From Candidatus Latescibacterota bacterium (GTDB lineage Bacteria > Latescibacterota > UBA2968 > UBA8231), in the NCBI GenBank assembly GCA_965203355.1, contig OZ241889.1, positions 3,456,001 through 3,520,000 on the forward strand: DNA of 64,000 bases, written 5' to 3'. Positions 50,397-60,986 of the stretch are shown here, one piece after another; the stretch's first letter is position 1, and every line of letters begins with the position of its first letter. Below the pieces are notes generated by a model. It worked only from the letters and a program-made list of their open reading frames with translations. It ran no database searches and was not told where the DNA came from. The translations under genes were made by a program, and so were the position numbers.

Positions 50397-51740
50397 TCAA
50401 CAGAGATATTGCTTGGCCTCTTTACCCACCCATTCCCGCAGATCCGGGTCGTCGATGCAGAAGATGCGGAAAATTTTGGCTTGATCCTCGAAGTTGTGCA
50501 GGAGCGAATCGCGCAGGCGGGAGACCTCTGGATCGGCAAAGGTCAGGGGGTCGGTCTTGTCGGCGGGGAGCGTGCGGCCGTAGAAGACCCGGAGATCGAC
50601 TTCCGGGGTCTTGTTGAAGCTGGGGATGTCGATGAGGATCTCGTGGCCTTGGAGGGCGCGACCCAGCCGCTGGCCGCAGACTTGGCACAGCTCGATTTCT
50701 TTGGCGCGGCGCTTGTAGGGATGGCGGAAGAGAAAGTCGAGGCGGTGCATCAGGGATTGGGTGCGCTCGCTGGGGTGGATGACGGTGCCGACCTTGTAGA
50801 GGCGGCGGTGGATCGTGCCTTTGAGGAGTTGGGCGGACGTTTCCAGCCCTAAGCGCTGCTGCTCGCGCTGGAGGCGTGCGATCAGCCCACTTTCGGTGAG
50901 GCGGTGGAAATCGGAGAAGTCGAGCCGGTTGTGCGAGTGAAGGAGGATTTCTTGCACGGCGCGCTTGAACATGGCCGATGCCGAGCGCACCCCGTGGTGC
51001 CAGTATACGTTGCGGTACATTTGGTAATTGGTAAAGACGAGGGCTTCGACCGCGGAGACGCCCTTGCTGGTGATGGCCAGCCGCTGGCGCTCAGGGTCGA
51101 ACTGGATCGAGGCGATCAGGCGGTCGCGGTTGACGCTCTCGCCGAAGGGCACGCCGCAGAACATGGAATCGCGCAGGAGGTAGTCGATTTTGTCGGGATC
51201 GAGAGCGCTGCTGAGGATGTTGGCCAGCAGCAGGTCCTCGGGGGGAACGGCGCGGCCGCTGTTTTGGTAGTCGATTACGTTGGCTACGCGCACTGGATCG
51301 ATCTGAAATTGATCGGCGATCGTCTGGTAGAGTTCGCCGGTTTGGTCTTCGATGATCTGCCTCGCTCCCTCTTCGTGCCGCATGAAGAAGGGCCTTAGCT
51401 CTTCGAGGGTATGCGAGAAGGGGTAGTGGCCGATGTCGTGAAGCAAGGTGGCGGCGCTGAAGACGCGCACATCCTCGTCGCTCAGCACGAGGGGCGGGTC
51501 CGAGTCGAGGAGCCGCGCCAAAAACCGCTTGGCCAAGTGATAGACGCCCAGCGAGTGCTCAAAACGCGAGTGGCGCGCGCCCGGGTACACCAGATGCACG
51601 TAGCCGAGTTGGGTGATGTTGCGCAGGCGCTGAAAGGCGCGGGTGTCGACGAGGGCGAGGACGGGCGCGGGGACGTGGATGTAGCCCCAGACCGGGTCGC
51701 GGATGACCTTGCCTTCTTCGGCTAACAGCGGATGATTCAT
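50397..51740 (-). CDS. HD-domain phosphohydrolase (SAMHD1/dNTPase-like)
   Basis: RDPVWG, FQRLR...QLG, HSRFEHSLG, LLHDIGHYPFSH, DPDKIDYLLRD, VYWH. Confidence 0.85.
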   Translation of the reverse strand: MNHPLLAEEGKVIRDPVWGYIHVPAPVLALVDTRAFQRLRNITQLGYVHLVYPGARHSRFEHSLGVYHLAKRFLARLLDSDPPLVLSDEDVRVFSAATLLHDIGHYPFSHTLEELRPFFMRHEEGARQIIEDQTGELYQTIADQFQIDPVRVANVIDYQNSGRAVPPEDLLLANILSSALDPDKIDYLLRDSMFCGVPFGESVNRDRLIASIQFDPERQRLAITSKGVSAVEALVFTNYQMYRNVYWHHGVRSASAMFKRAVQEILLHSHNRLDFSDFHRLTESGLIARLQREQQRLGLETSAQLLKGTIHRRLYKVGTVIHPSERTQSLMHRLDFLFRHPYKRRAKEIELCQVCGQRLGRALQGHEILIDIPSFNKTPEVDLRVFYGRTLPADKTDPLTFADPEVSRLRDSLLHNFEDQAKIFRIFCIDDPDLREWVGKEAKQYLC

Positions 51741-51750
51741 AGCATGGGCC

Positions 51751-51779
51751 AATCTAGGAGCGGCGCGCTATCCTGTCAA
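51751..51779 (-). promoter_or_regulatory. sigma70 promoter TTGACA-N17-TAGATT (very short leader)
   Basis: Minus strand ttgaca ggatagcgcgccgctcc tagatt, 10 nt upstream of ATG 51740. Confidence 0.55.
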
Positions 51780-51842
51780 GAAATGTGCGCCGAACTCATT
51801 ATGAAAGCTATACTTAGGGCATTTTGTTGTGCGGGCCGTCCA

Positions 51843-51871
51843 TTGACACAAAACCGATTCGCTCCTATCTT
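51843..51871 (+). promoter_or_regulatory. sigma70 promoter TTGACA-N17-TATCTT for the ndk-fab operon
   Basis: ttgaca caaaaccgattcgctcc tatctt. Confidence 0.6.
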
Positions 51872-51924
51872 TCAAAATTTTGTTTGACTATGGAACGCAC
51901 GTACCGAGGAAATAACCTATTGTG

Positions 51925-52326
51925 ATGGAACGCACGTTGATGATCGTCAAGCCCGATGCGGTCGCCAAAAACGCCATCGGCCAGATTATTGCCCGCGTCG
52001 AGGGCGAGGGATTTGTGGTGTGCGCCCTGCGCATGGTCGAGCTGTCCGCCGAGCAAGCGCGGGCCTTCTACGCCGTGCATCGAGCGCGCCCCTTCTACGG
52101 CGAATTGGTGGAGTTTATGACCTCTGGGCCAGCCGTGCCGATGGTGCTCGCGCGTGTGGACGCCGTGGCGCACTTGCGCGATTTTATCGGCCCGACCAAC
52201 AGCCTTGAGGCCCCGGCGGGCACCATCCGCGGCGACTTTGGCACGGACGTGCAGTGCAACGCCGTCCACGCTTCGGACTCAGTGGCCAACGCCCAGTCCG
52301 AGATCGCGTTTTTCTTTGCCGACTGA
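51925..52326 (+). CDS. ndk: Nucleoside diphosphate kinase
   Basis: ERTL..VKPDA, GTIRGDF, NAVHASDS. Confidence 0.95.
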   Translation: MERTLMIVKPDAVAKNAIGQIIARVEGEGFVVCALRMVELSAEQARAFYAVHRARPFYGELVEFMTSGPAVPMVLARVDAVAHLRDFIGPTNSLEAPAGTIRGDFGTDVQCNAVHASDSVANAQSEIAFFFAD

Positions 52327-52334
52327 ACAATCCC

Positions 52335-52874
52335 ATGCCCGCTTTGCTAGTACTCGACGACCTCGCGGAAGGCCCGAATGCGCTCACCTTTGAGCTGCGG
52401 GCCGAGGACTTGGCGTTAAAAGACGAATTTTTCGCCTTTCCCTTCGTTGTTGAAACCCGCGTCGAGGTGCGGCGTGCGCTCGACAATTTCCGGCTCGACG
52501 GAGTCGTTACCTGTGGCATTGCCGGCGAGTGCTATCGCTGTTTAGAGGAAGTGCAAGAAGCGGTCACAGCGCGGTTCCGCTTGCTTTTGCAGCGCCGCCA
52601 AGCCACCCCCGAAGAGCGGGCGTCGGCCGAAAAAGACGGGTTTATCGAGATCGTCGATCGCGGGACGCGCGAGGTTGATTTGTGTGCATATATCCGCGAG
52701 GCCGTGATCTTGGACTTGCCGATGCGCATACCCACCCCGGACGCCGATGGTCGGTGCCCGCACTGTGGAGCAGAAGAGGCCGACGAACCCACCGCCAAAC
52801 AGGAACGAGCCGTGGATCCGCGTTGGGCCGCGCTCGCGCAGATCGAATTTTCGCAACCCAAAGAAGGTTCTTGA
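52335..52874 (+). CDS. YceD/DUF177 family protein
   Basis: ECYRCL, CPHCG, DPRWAAL; located before rpmF. Confidence 0.85.
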   Translation: MPALLVLDDLAEGPNALTFELRAEDLALKDEFFAFPFVVETRVEVRRALDNFRLDGVVTCGIAGECYRCLEEVQEAVTARFRLLLQRRQATPEERASAEKDGFIEIVDRGTREVDLCAYIREAVILDLPMRIPTPDADGRCPHCGAEEADEPTAKQERAVDPRWAALAQIEFSQPKEGS

Positions 52875-52886
52875 GAGGAGTCCCCC

Positions 52887-53069
52887 GTGGCTGCAGTACC
52901 TAAGAGGAGAATTTCGCGCACCCGCCGCGACAAGCGGCGCACTCACTGGAAGATAAAGGCCGCGGCGAGGACTACTTGCTCCCACTGCGGACAGCCCGCC
53001 CTGCCCCATCGCGTCTGCCCGAGCTGCGGCTTCTATCGCGGCCGCGAATACATCGAGCCGGAAGTATAG
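52887..53069 (+). CDS. rpmF: 50S ribosomal protein L32
   Basis: AVPKRRISRTRRDKRR, CSHCG...HRVCPSCGFY. Confidence 0.95.
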   Translation: MAAVPKRRISRTRRDKRRTHWKIKAAARTTCSHCGQPALPHRVCPSCGFYRGREYIEPEV

Positions 53070-53091
53070 GCTGCTTGGGGCGGCTGCTTGC

Positions 53092-54096
53092 GTGCCTAAA
53101 GAGGGGAAAAAATTTCGGGCGACCATTACCGCCACGGCGTCCTGCCTGCCCGACAAGGTGGTCTCCAACGCCGATCTGGCGCGGTTGGTAGATACCTCGG
53201 ACGAATGGATCCGTACGCGCACTGGCATTGCCGAGCGGCGCTTTCTGCCAGCGGACGAGCCGACCTCCACCCTCGCTAGTGCTGTGGCCCAAGAGCTGTT
53301 GGCGCACCGTGGAATCGACGCGCCCGATCTCGACCTAATCATCGTCGCGACCATTACGCCCGACATGATTTTTCCGGCGACGGCCTGCTTGGTACAACAC
53401 GCCATCGGCGCCAGCGAGGTCTGGGCCTACGATCTGTCGGCGGCTTGCTCTGGCTTTGTTTTCGCCGTGGCGACCGGCGCCCAGTTTATCGAAAGCGGCG
53501 CGCATCGCCGGGTGATGGTCATTGGGGCCGACAAGATGAGCAGCATCCTCGACTTTGAAGATCGCACGACTTGTGTGCTCTTTGGCGACGGGGCGGGTGG
53601 GGTGTTGCTGGAGCGCGACGAGAGCGGTGCTGGTCTGATCGACTTTGAGCTGCACGCCGACGGGGCCGCGGTCGAATGCCTACACATCAAAGGCGGTGGT
53701 AGCCTGCATCCGCCTTCGCACGAGACGGTCGATCAGCGCATGCACTACATCCGCCAAGAAGGGCGCACGGTATTTCGGTTTGCCGTGGAAAAAATGGCCG
53801 AAGTGTCAGTCAGCCTGCTGGAGCGCAACGGTCTTACGGGCGCAGACCTCAAGCTCTTCGTGCCCCACCAAGCCAACAAGCGCATCATTGACGCGGCCGC
53901 TCAGCGCATGGACCTGCCCCCGGAAAAAGTGATGATCAACATCGACCGCTACGCCAACACCACGGCCGCGACGATTCCCATTGCTTTGGCCGAGGCCGTC
54001 GAGCAGGGCCGGTTGGAGCGCGGCGACTTGGTGCTAATGACCGGCGTCGGCGGTGGGCTCACTTGGGGTAGCGTCTTGTTCCGCTGGGGGTACTAA
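53092..54096 (+). CDS. fabH: 3-oxoacyl-ACP synthase III
   Basis: AACSGF, FGDGAG, PHQAN, NTTAA. Confidence 0.95.
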   Translation: MPKEGKKFRATITATASCLPDKVVSNADLARLVDTSDEWIRTRTGIAERRFLPADEPTSTLASAVAQELLAHRGIDAPDLDLIIVATITPDMIFPATACLVQHAIGASEVWAYDLSAACSGFVFAVATGAQFIESGAHRRVMVIGADKMSSILDFEDRTTCVLFGDGAGGVLLERDESGAGLIDFELHADGAAVECLHIKGGGSLHPPSHETVDQRMHYIRQEGRTVFRFAVEKMAEVSVSLLERNGLTGADLKLFVPHQANKRIIDAAAQRMDLPPEKVMINIDRYANTTAATIPIALAEAVEQGRLERGDLVLMTGVGGGLTWGSVLFRWGY

Positions 54097-54098
54097 GG

Positions 54099-55028
54099 AT
54101 GCGTGGGTGCGCTTTTTTGTTTCCGGGGCAAGGTTCACAGGCCGTAGGCATGGCCCGCGATCTCTACGAGCAGTACGAGTCGGTGCGGACGCGCTTTGCC
54201 GAGGCCGATCAGGTGCTGGGTTTTGCGCTCAGTGCGCTTTGCTTTGCGGGCCCGGCCGAGCCGCTAGCGCAAACCCATGTTACGCAGCCGGCGGTTTTCG
54301 TCCACAGCGTCGCCGCCAGCGAATTGCTCGCCGCGGCTGGGCTCCAGCCGGTGGCCGTAGCTGGACATAGCCTCGGGGAATACTCGGCTCTGGTGGTCGC
54401 CGGTGTGCTCTCCTTTGCCGAGGCCCTGACGCTGGTGGGGGCGCGCGGCCGATTAATGCAGGAAGCCGGCCGCCATGAGCCCGGGACGATGGCGGCGATA
54501 CTCGGTCTGGACGACGACCGCGTCGTCGCCCTGTGCCAACAGGCGGCGGATGCCGGGCGCGTCGTCGCCGCCAATTTTAACGCGCCGGGTCAAGTCGTGG
54601 TCTCGGGCGAGCGGGCTGCGGTGGCGCGGGTGAGCGAACTGGCCGCTCAAGCAGGTGCTAGGCGCGTCGTCGAATTGGCTGTCAGCGGGGCTTTTCACTC
54701 GCCGCTGATGGCGTCGGCCGCTGTGGAGATGGAGTCGCTGTTACAGGCGGTGCCCTTTGCGCGGCCTCGCGTGCCGGTGTTGACCAATGTCTCGGCGGCA
54801 CCCGTGGCAGATCCAGAAAAGTTGCGGCGGCACCTGGTCCAGCAGATGACCGCTCCGGTGCGTTGGAACGCGACCATGCGGCGGCTGGCGGCTATGGGTA
54901 TTGATCGCGCTTTTGAAGTAGGGCCGGGGGCTGTGCTAAGGGGACTGGCGCGCCGCACTGGGCCTAAACTCGCCGTCGTATTGGCCGGTACCGTGGAAGA
55001 AATCGCCGCGGCAAAAGGATTGGAATAG
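54099..55028 (+). CDS. fabD: Malonyl-CoA-ACP transacylase
   Basis: FPGQGSQ, GHSLGEY, SGAFHS. Confidence 0.95.
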   Translation: MRGCAFLFPGQGSQAVGMARDLYEQYESVRTRFAEADQVLGFALSALCFAGPAEPLAQTHVTQPAVFVHSVAASELLAAAGLQPVAVAGHSLGEYSALVVAGVLSFAEALTLVGARGRLMQEAGRHEPGTMAAILGLDDDRVVALCQQAADAGRVVAANFNAPGQVVVSGERAAVARVSELAAQAGARRVVELAVSGAFHSPLMASAAVEMESLLQAVPFARPRVPVLTNVSAAPVADPEKLRRHLVQQMTAPVRWNATMRRLAAMGIDRAFEVGPGAVLRGLARRTGPKLAVVLAGTVEEIAAAKGLE

Positions 55029-55029
55029 A

Positions 55030-55776
55030 ATGGGACTTTTGGACGAGAAGGTCGCCTTGGTGACGGGTGGGTCGCGCGGCATTGGTCGGGCCATTGCCCT
55101 GCGCTTGGCGGAAGAAGGGGCAGACTTGGCAATCTGCGCGCGCCACGTGGCTGCGGCTGGCGAAGTGGCGGCGGCCGTAGAGGGGCTGGGCCGCCGTTGC
55201 TTGGTGCGCCAAGCCGATGTCGCCGACGCCGCGCAGGCGGCTGAGCTGGTGGCTGCGACGATGGCGGAGTTGGGCCGGTTGGATGTGCTGGTCAACAACG
55301 CCGGCGTCACCCGCGACAATTTGCTGATGCGGATGCCGGAAGCGGATTGGGACGAGGTTTTGGCGATCAATCTCAAGGGGGCCTTTAACTGCGTCCGAGC
55401 GGCGGTGCGCCCCATGCTCAAAGCCCGCAGTGGGCGGATCGTCAACATCACGTCGGTCGTGGGCTTGCTCGGCCAGGCCGGCCAAGCCAACTACGCCGCG
55501 TCCAAGGCTGGATTGATCGGCCTGACCAAGAGCTTGGCGCGGGAACTGGCCTCGCGCGGGATCACCGCCAATGCCGTGGCGCCGGGTTTGGTGCCGGAAA
55601 CGGGCATGACAGGCCGCTTGACCCAGCAGCAGCAGGAGCAGATGATTGCCACCGTGCCGCTGGGGCGAGCGGGGACGCCGGAAGACGTGGCCCACGCGGT
55701 GGCGTTTTTGGCGTCGGAGCAAGCCGCTTATATCACGGGTCAGGTCTTGTCCGTAGATGGCGGCATGGCCATGTAA
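55030..55776 (+). CDS. fabG: 3-oxoacyl-ACP reductase
   Basis: TGGSRGIG, NNAGVTRD, YAASK. Confidence 0.95.
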   Translation: MGLLDEKVALVTGGSRGIGRAIALRLAEEGADLAICARHVAAAGEVAAAVEGLGRRCLVRQADVADAAQAAELVAATMAELGRLDVLVNNAGVTRDNLLMRMPEADWDEVLAINLKGAFNCVRAAVRPMLKARSGRIVNITSVVGLLGQAGQANYAASKAGLIGLTKSLARELASRGITANAVAPGLVPETGMTGRLTQQQQEQMIATVPLGRAGTPEDVAHAVAFLASEQAAYITGQVLSVDGGMAM

Positions 55777-55883
55777 TTTGGGTGTTAAAAATGTTGCTCA
55801 TCGCCGATTCGCCTATATTTAGACCCTGACTTGAAGGCCGCACAGCGGTAAAACATGTACTCCCATCCCAAGAGGAACAGACT

Positions 55884-56123
55884 ATGGCTTCTATTGAAGA
55901 GCGCGTGACAGATTTGGTCGTCGAGCAACTCGGCGTGAGCGAGGATCAAGTAAACCCCCAAGCGTCTTTCATCGACGACTTGGGGGCCGACTCGCTCGAT
56001 ACCATGGAGTTGATCATGGCCTTTGAAGAGGAGTTCAAGATCGACATTCCAGATGAGGACGCCGAAAAAATCGCGGTCGTAGGCGATGCGATTAAATATC
56101 TAGAAGAGAATAGCAAGGCGTGA
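55884..56123 (+). CDS. acpP: Acyl carrier protein
   Basis: DLGADSLD. Confidence 0.97.
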   Translation: MASIEERVTDLVVEQLGVSEDQVNPQASFIDDLGADSLDTMELIMAFEEEFKIDIPDEDAEKIAVVGDAIKYLEENSKA

Positions 56124-57379
56124 GCAAAGCGCTCGTACCAAGGCGCCGAGTCGTCGTCACCGGCTTGGGGGTCCTAGCGCCCAATGGCCGTGATTTGCCG
56201 ACCTACTGGGACGCGCTGGTAGCCGGCCGGTCTGGGGTCGGTCCGATCACCAAGTTCGATACGGCCCACCACCGGACTACGATCGCGGCCGAGCTCAAAG
56301 GTTTTGCCCCGGAGGCGGTTCTGGACCGCAAGGACGTGCGCCGCAACGACGCCTTCACGCACTACGCGATCTGCGTGGCCAGGGAGGCGGCTAGCCGCGC
56401 CCGGCTCGACCTGGCAGCGGTTGATCCCGAGCGCGTGGGCGTCATTTGGGGCTCGGGCATCGGCGGGATTCAGACGCACGAAGACCAGCACACCATCCTA
56501 CTGGAGAAAGGCCCTAGGCGCGTCAGCCCGTTCTACGTGCCCATGATGATTTCCGACATGGCCCCGGGCATGATCTCTATGGATTTGGGTGCTAAAGGAC
56601 CGAACTACGGCACAGTGTCGGCCTGTTCGTCGTCGGCCCACGCCCTCGGCGAGTCGGCGCGCAAGATTCAGTACGGGGAAGCCGACGTGATGGTGACCGG
56701 CGGCTCGGAAGCAGCCATCACCCCCATTTCCATGGCCGGCTTTTCCTCGGCCAAGGCCCTATCGACGCGCAACCACGAGCCTGAGCGGGCCAGTCGGCCT
56801 TTTGACGCCGCGCGCGATGGCTTCGTGCTCGGGGAGGGGGCCGGAGCCATCATTTTGGAGGAATTGGAACACGCGCAAAGGCGCGGGGCCGAGATCTACG
56901 GCGAATTCCTCGGGCTGGGTTTTACGGCCGACGCCTATCACCAGACCGCGATGGCACCCGGAGCCGAGGGCGGGGTACGGGCCATGCGCATCGCCCTGCA
57001 GGACGGGGGCTTAGAGCCGGGCGACATCGGGTACGTCAATGCCCACGGCACCTCGACGCCCATGGGCGACCAGCAGGAGACCGCGGCGATCAAGACGGTC
57101 TTCGCCAGCCACACCGCCAGCATGGCCGTAAGCTCGACTAAGTCGATGACCGGGCATTTGTTGGGTGCGGCCGGAGCCATCGAAAGCATCGCCTGCATCA
57201 TGGCACTCAAAAGCGGGGTACTGCCGCCGACGATCAACTACGAGAACCCGGACCCGGACTGCGATCTCGACTACGTGCCCAACGAAGCGCGCCGCGTGCA
57301 GGTGAACTACGCCCTCAACAATTCTTTTGGCTTTGGCGGCCACAACGTGGCACTGGTATTCGGTCGCTTCACCGGCTGA
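56120..57379 (+). CDS. fabF: 3-oxoacyl-ACP synthase II
   Basis: [27 protein letters not shown]. Confidence 0.95.
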   Translation: MSKALVPRRRVVVTGLGVLAPNGRDLPTYWDALVAGRSGVGPITKFDTAHHRTTIAAELKGFAPEAVLDRKDVRRNDAFTHYAICVAREAASRARLDLAAVDPERVGVIWGSGIGGIQTHEDQHTILLEKGPRRVSPFYVPMMISDMAPGMISMDLGAKGPNYGTVSACSSSAHALGESARKIQYGEADVMVTGGSEAAITPISMAGFSSAKALSTRNHEPERASRPFDAARDGFVLGEGAGAIILEELEHAQRRGAEIYGEFLGLGFTADAYHQTAMAPGAEGGVRAMRIALQDGGLEPGDIGYVNAHGTSTPMGDQQETAAIKTVFASHTASMAVSSTKSMTGHLLGAAGAIESIACIMALKSGVLPPTINYENPDPDCDLDYVPNEARRVQVNYALNNSFGFGGHNVALVFGRFTG

Positions 57380-57444
57380 CGCTCTTTCCCAGCACCTCCC
57401 GTGCGCCCCGTGCAAACGAGGTTTTCAATTCGGGCCTTAGGCCG

Positions 57445-58188
57445 ATGAGCTGGATTTCAACGCTTTGGAATCGCTGCAAGCCGGCGCGCGATCGAGCCGT
57501 GCGGCACCCGCTCGAAAAGCGGTTGGGCTACCATTTCAAGGACGAGCAGCTCTTGGTCAAGGCCCTCAAGCATCGATCGTATGTGTACGTTGAAGAGGGC
57601 AAAGACCGCATTGAGTCGAACGAGCGGCTCGAATTTCTCGGCGACGCCGTGTTGGAACTGTTGGTCGCCGCCGACCTCTTTTGCCGCTTTGAAGACAAAG
57701 GCGAAGGTGAGTTGACTCAGATGAAGTCTCAGCTAGTCAACCGCAAGGTGCTGGCGCACCAAGCGGATCGTCTTGGGATAGGGGCTTTTGTGCTGCTGAG
57801 TGAGGACGAGCGCAAAGCCAACGGCGGACAGCGGCCGTCGATCCTCTGCGACACCTTGGAGTCGCTGATTGGGGCGATTTATCTCGACGGGGGTTTAGCG
57901 GCCGCCCGCGCTTGTGTTCGGCGGGCGGTGCTGGCGGATTTTGACCGAATAGTCCAACCGGACGCTAAATTCAATTTCAAGGGCAGGTTGCTCGAATACT
58001 CGCAGAGCAAGGGTAAAGGCCACCCCCGCTACGCGTTGCGGGTTGAGGATGGGCCAGACCACGACAAGATCTTCAGCGTCGCCGTGTACATCACTGGCCA
58101 GCCCATGGGTTCGGGCCGAGGGCCGAGCAAGAAGGAGGCGCAACAGATGGCGGCCAAGGACGCTCTTGAGCGTTTGGATGTGCTCTGA
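57445..58188 (+). CDS. rnc: Ribonuclease III
   Basis: NERLEFLGDAVL; C-terminal dsRBD. Confidence 0.95.
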   Translation: MSWISTLWNRCKPARDRAVRHPLEKRLGYHFKDEQLLVKALKHRSYVYVEEGKDRIESNERLEFLGDAVLELLVAADLFCRFEDKGEGELTQMKSQLVNRKVLAHQADRLGIGAFVLLSEDERKANGGQRPSILCDTLESLIGAIYLDGGLAAARACVRRAVLADFDRIVQPDAKFNFKGRLLEYSQSKGKGHPRYALRVEDGPDHDKIFSVAVYITGQPMGSGRGPSKKEAQQMAAKDALERLDVL

Positions 58189-58967
58189 TGGGCCTTGCTT
58201 GGCGCGTCGTCGATACGGGTGCGAACTGTGGCGCGTACAACATGGGCGTCGATCAAGCACTCGCCGCGGACGCGGCACCCGGTCCGGTCCTGCGGTTTTA
58301 CGGCTGGGACCCGCCGGCGGTCTCCTGCGGCTGGAACCAGCAGCCCGAGCGCGAGGCCAATGTCGAAGCCTGTCGTGCGCTGGGCATTGACGTGGTGCGC
58401 CGGCCCACTGGTGGCCGGGCGGTGCTACACTGGGAGGAATTGACCTACAGCGTCGTTTGTGTCGCCGAGGTATTGGTCGCCGGCGGCGGGATAGAGGCCA
58501 CGCACCGCAAGATCGGCGTGTGCTTGGCCGAAGGGCTGCGGCTTTTCGGGGCCCCGGTCGAGTTGGAAAAAGCAAGTCGTTGCGTGGGCGGTTTGCGGTC
58601 CGGGCCTTGTTTTGGTAGTACGGCGCGCTGGGAACTCACGTGCCAGCAGCGCAAGATGGTCGGCAGTGCGCAGCGGCGCTACGGACGCCGCTTGCTGCAA
58701 CACGGGTCCATTTTGCTTGGCCGGGCCCACCAACGCCTGCCGCAACTGCTGCGCCTTGACGAGGACGTGCGGCAAAAATGGACCCGGCGAGTGCGCGCCC
58801 ACAGCACGGATTTGCAGGCCTGCATGGGGCGGCCCATCGACCGGGCCGAGTTGGTCGATTGCTTGGTTGAGGGCTTCAGGCGTCAGCTCGGCGCCAAGAT
58901 GCGCTGGGGTGTGCTGGCCGCCGACGAGAGGCGCCGGGCTACGGCTTGGGAAAGGGACCGCGCATGA
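58188..58967 (+). CDS. Lipoate-protein ligase/octanoyltransferase (LipM/LplA family)
   Basis: [37 protein letters not shown]. Confidence 0.85.
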   Translation: MGLAWRVVDTGANCGAYNMGVDQALAADAAPGPVLRFYGWDPPAVSCGWNQQPEREANVEACRALGIDVVRRPTGGRAVLHWEELTYSVVCVAEVLVAGGGIEATHRKIGVCLAEGLRLFGAPVELEKASRCVGGLRSGPCFGSTARWELTCQQRKMVGSAQRRYGRRLLQHGSILLGRAHQRLPQLLRLDEDVRQKWTRRVRAHSTDLQACMGRPIDRAELVDCLVEGFRRQLGAKMRWGVLAADERRRATAWERDRA

Positions 58968-59944
58968 TCGCGCCGGATCCCGTGTTAGAAGTCCGCGACT
59001 TGCGGACTTATTTTCATACGGAAGAGGGCGTCGCCCGCGCCGTTGATGGGGTGTCGTTTGCCGTGGGGCGGGGCCAGACGCTGGGGCTGGTCGGCGAAAG
59101 CGGCTGCGGCAAGAGCGTCAGTGCCTTCTCGATCATGCGCTTGGTGCCCGATCCACCGGGCCGGATTGAGGCCGGACGGATTCTGCTCAAGGGGCGCGAT
59201 TTGCTTGCGCTGGACGAGGAGGAGATGCGCCAAGTGCGCGGCGACGATATCGCGATGATTTTTCAAGAGCCGATGACCAGCCTCAACCCGGTGCTGACCT
59301 GCGGGTTTCAGATTGCCGAGGCTGTGGTTTTACACCAGCAGGTCCCCATGCAGGAAGCGCGCGCCCGGGCGATCGAGATGCTGCGACTGGTGGGGATTCC
59401 AGCGCCCGAACAGCGGATCGACGAATATCCGCACCAGCTATCGGGTGGGATGCGCCAGCGGGTGATGATCGCCATGGCGCTGTCTTGCAATCCAGATGTG
59501 TTGATTGCCGATGAGCCGACCACGGCGCTCGACGTGACCATCCAAGCGCAGATCCTCGCGCTGTTGGAGTCGCTGCAAGCATCCTTGCAAATGGCGATTG
59601 TGATGATCACGCACGACCTCGGGGTGATCGCCGAGACCGCCGACCAAGTGGCGGTCATGTACGCCGGGCAAATCGTCGAATACGCGGAAACGCAGGCGCT
59701 ATTTACCCACCCGAGACATCCTTATACGCGCGGCTTGCTGCGCTCGATCCCGCGGCTGGACGCCGACCAGGAGCGATTGGACATCATCCCGGGCGTGGTG
59801 CCCGACGCCCGCGTTTTTCCACCGGGGTGTCGCTTTGCCCCGCGCTGCCCGCTGGCCGACGCCCGCTGTCGGGCCGAAGTGCCGCCGTTGGAGGAGATCG
59901 AGGCCGGGCACTGGGCGAGTTGTTGGAAGGCGGAGGACGCATGA
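58964..59944 (+). CDS. Oligopeptide/dipeptide ABC ATPase (OppD/DppD)
   Basis: [20 protein letters not shown], Cys-rich C-terminus. Confidence 0.9.
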   Translation: MIAPDPVLEVRDLRTYFHTEEGVARAVDGVSFAVGRGQTLGLVGESGCGKSVSAFSIMRLVPDPPGRIEAGRILLKGRDLLALDEEEMRQVRGDDIAMIFQEPMTSLNPVLTCGFQIAEAVVLHQQVPMQEARARAIEMLRLVGIPAPEQRIDEYPHQLSGGMRQRVMIAMALSCNPDVLIADEPTTALDVTIQAQILALLESLQASLQMAIVMITHDLGVIAETADQVAVMYAGQIVEYAETQALFTHPRHPYTRGLLRSIPRLDADQERLDIIPGVVPDARVFPPGCRFAPRCPLADARCRAEVPPLEEIEAGHWASCWKAEDA

Positions 59945-60972
59945 GCCAAGCTGCGCCCTTGGTCGAGGTTAAGGGCCTTAAAAAATACTTTCCCGTGCGC
60001 CAGGGGTTTTGGGGCCGGGTGCAGGCCCACGTCAAGGCGGTCGATGGGGTCGATCTGGCGATTGGACGCGGCGAGACCTTGGGCGTAGTCGGCGAGAGCG
60101 GCTGCGGCAAGACCACGCTGGGCCGGCTCATGCTGCGGCTGATCGAAGCTACGGCCGGACAGGTGCGCTTTGCCGGGGTTGACCTTTTGGAGTTGAGCAA
60201 AGAGGCCATGCGGCAACAGCGGCGGGACATGCAGATCATCTTCCAAGACCCGTATGCGTCGCTCAATCCGCGGATGACGGTGGGCGGCATCATCGGCGAG
60301 GCCCTGAAGATCCACGGCCTGGCCGTCCGCGCCGAATTGCCCGAGCGGGTGGGGGCGTTGCTGGAGATGGTCGGGTTGCCGGCGGCCAGTGCGCGGCGCT
60401 ACCCGCACGAGTTTTCCGGTGGCCAGCGCCAGCGCATTGGCATTGCCCGCGCCTTGGCGGTACGGCCGCAGTTTATTGTCGCCGACGAGCCCGTGTCCGC
60501 ACTGGACGTTTCCGTGCAGGCCCAGATCATCAATTTGCTACAAGACCTACAGCGCGACTTGGGCTTAACGTATATGTTTATTGCCCACGACCTGAGCGTG
60601 GTGCGCCACATTTCGGACCGGGTAGCCGTGATGTACTTGGGGCGCGTAGTCGAGGTGGCGGCGCGCGATCAGCTCTACCGCCAGCCGTCTCATCCCTATA
60701 CGTGCGCGCTGCTGGCGGCCGTGCCGGCGCCCGATCCGCGGACGAAGCGGCCGCGCGCCCTCTTGGAAGGCGACGCGCCCAATCCGGCGGCCGTGCCCTC
60801 GGGATGCGCCTTTCACCCGCGCTGTCCAGAGCGCGAGGCAATCTGCACCCGCGTCGTGCCACAACTCGTCGATCTGGGCGGCGGGCATTGCACGGCCTGT
60901 TTGCTTCGCTATCCGGCGGAGCTGAAAAACCGATTGGCTGCTGAGGCCAACGAAAAAAACGCAAGACCGTAG
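59941..60972 (+). CDS. Oligopeptide/dipeptide ABC ATPase (OppF/DppF)
   Basis: [20 protein letters not shown], Cys-rich C-terminus. Confidence 0.9.
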   Translation: MSQAAPLVEVKGLKKYFPVRQGFWGRVQAHVKAVDGVDLAIGRGETLGVVGESGCGKTTLGRLMLRLIEATAGQVRFAGVDLLELSKEAMRQQRRDMQIIFQDPYASLNPRMTVGGIIGEALKIHGLAVRAELPERVGALLEMVGLPAASARRYPHEFSGGQRQRIGIARALAVRPQFIVADEPVSALDVSVQAQIINLLQDLQRDLGLTYMFIAHDLSVVRHISDRVAVMYLGRVVEVAARDQLYRQPSHPYTCALLAAVPAPDPRTKRPRALLEGDAPNPAAVPSGCAFHPRCPEREAICTRVVPQLVDLGGGHCTACLLRYPAELKNRLAAEANEKNARP

Positions 60973-60986
60973 GAGTACGATAGCTT

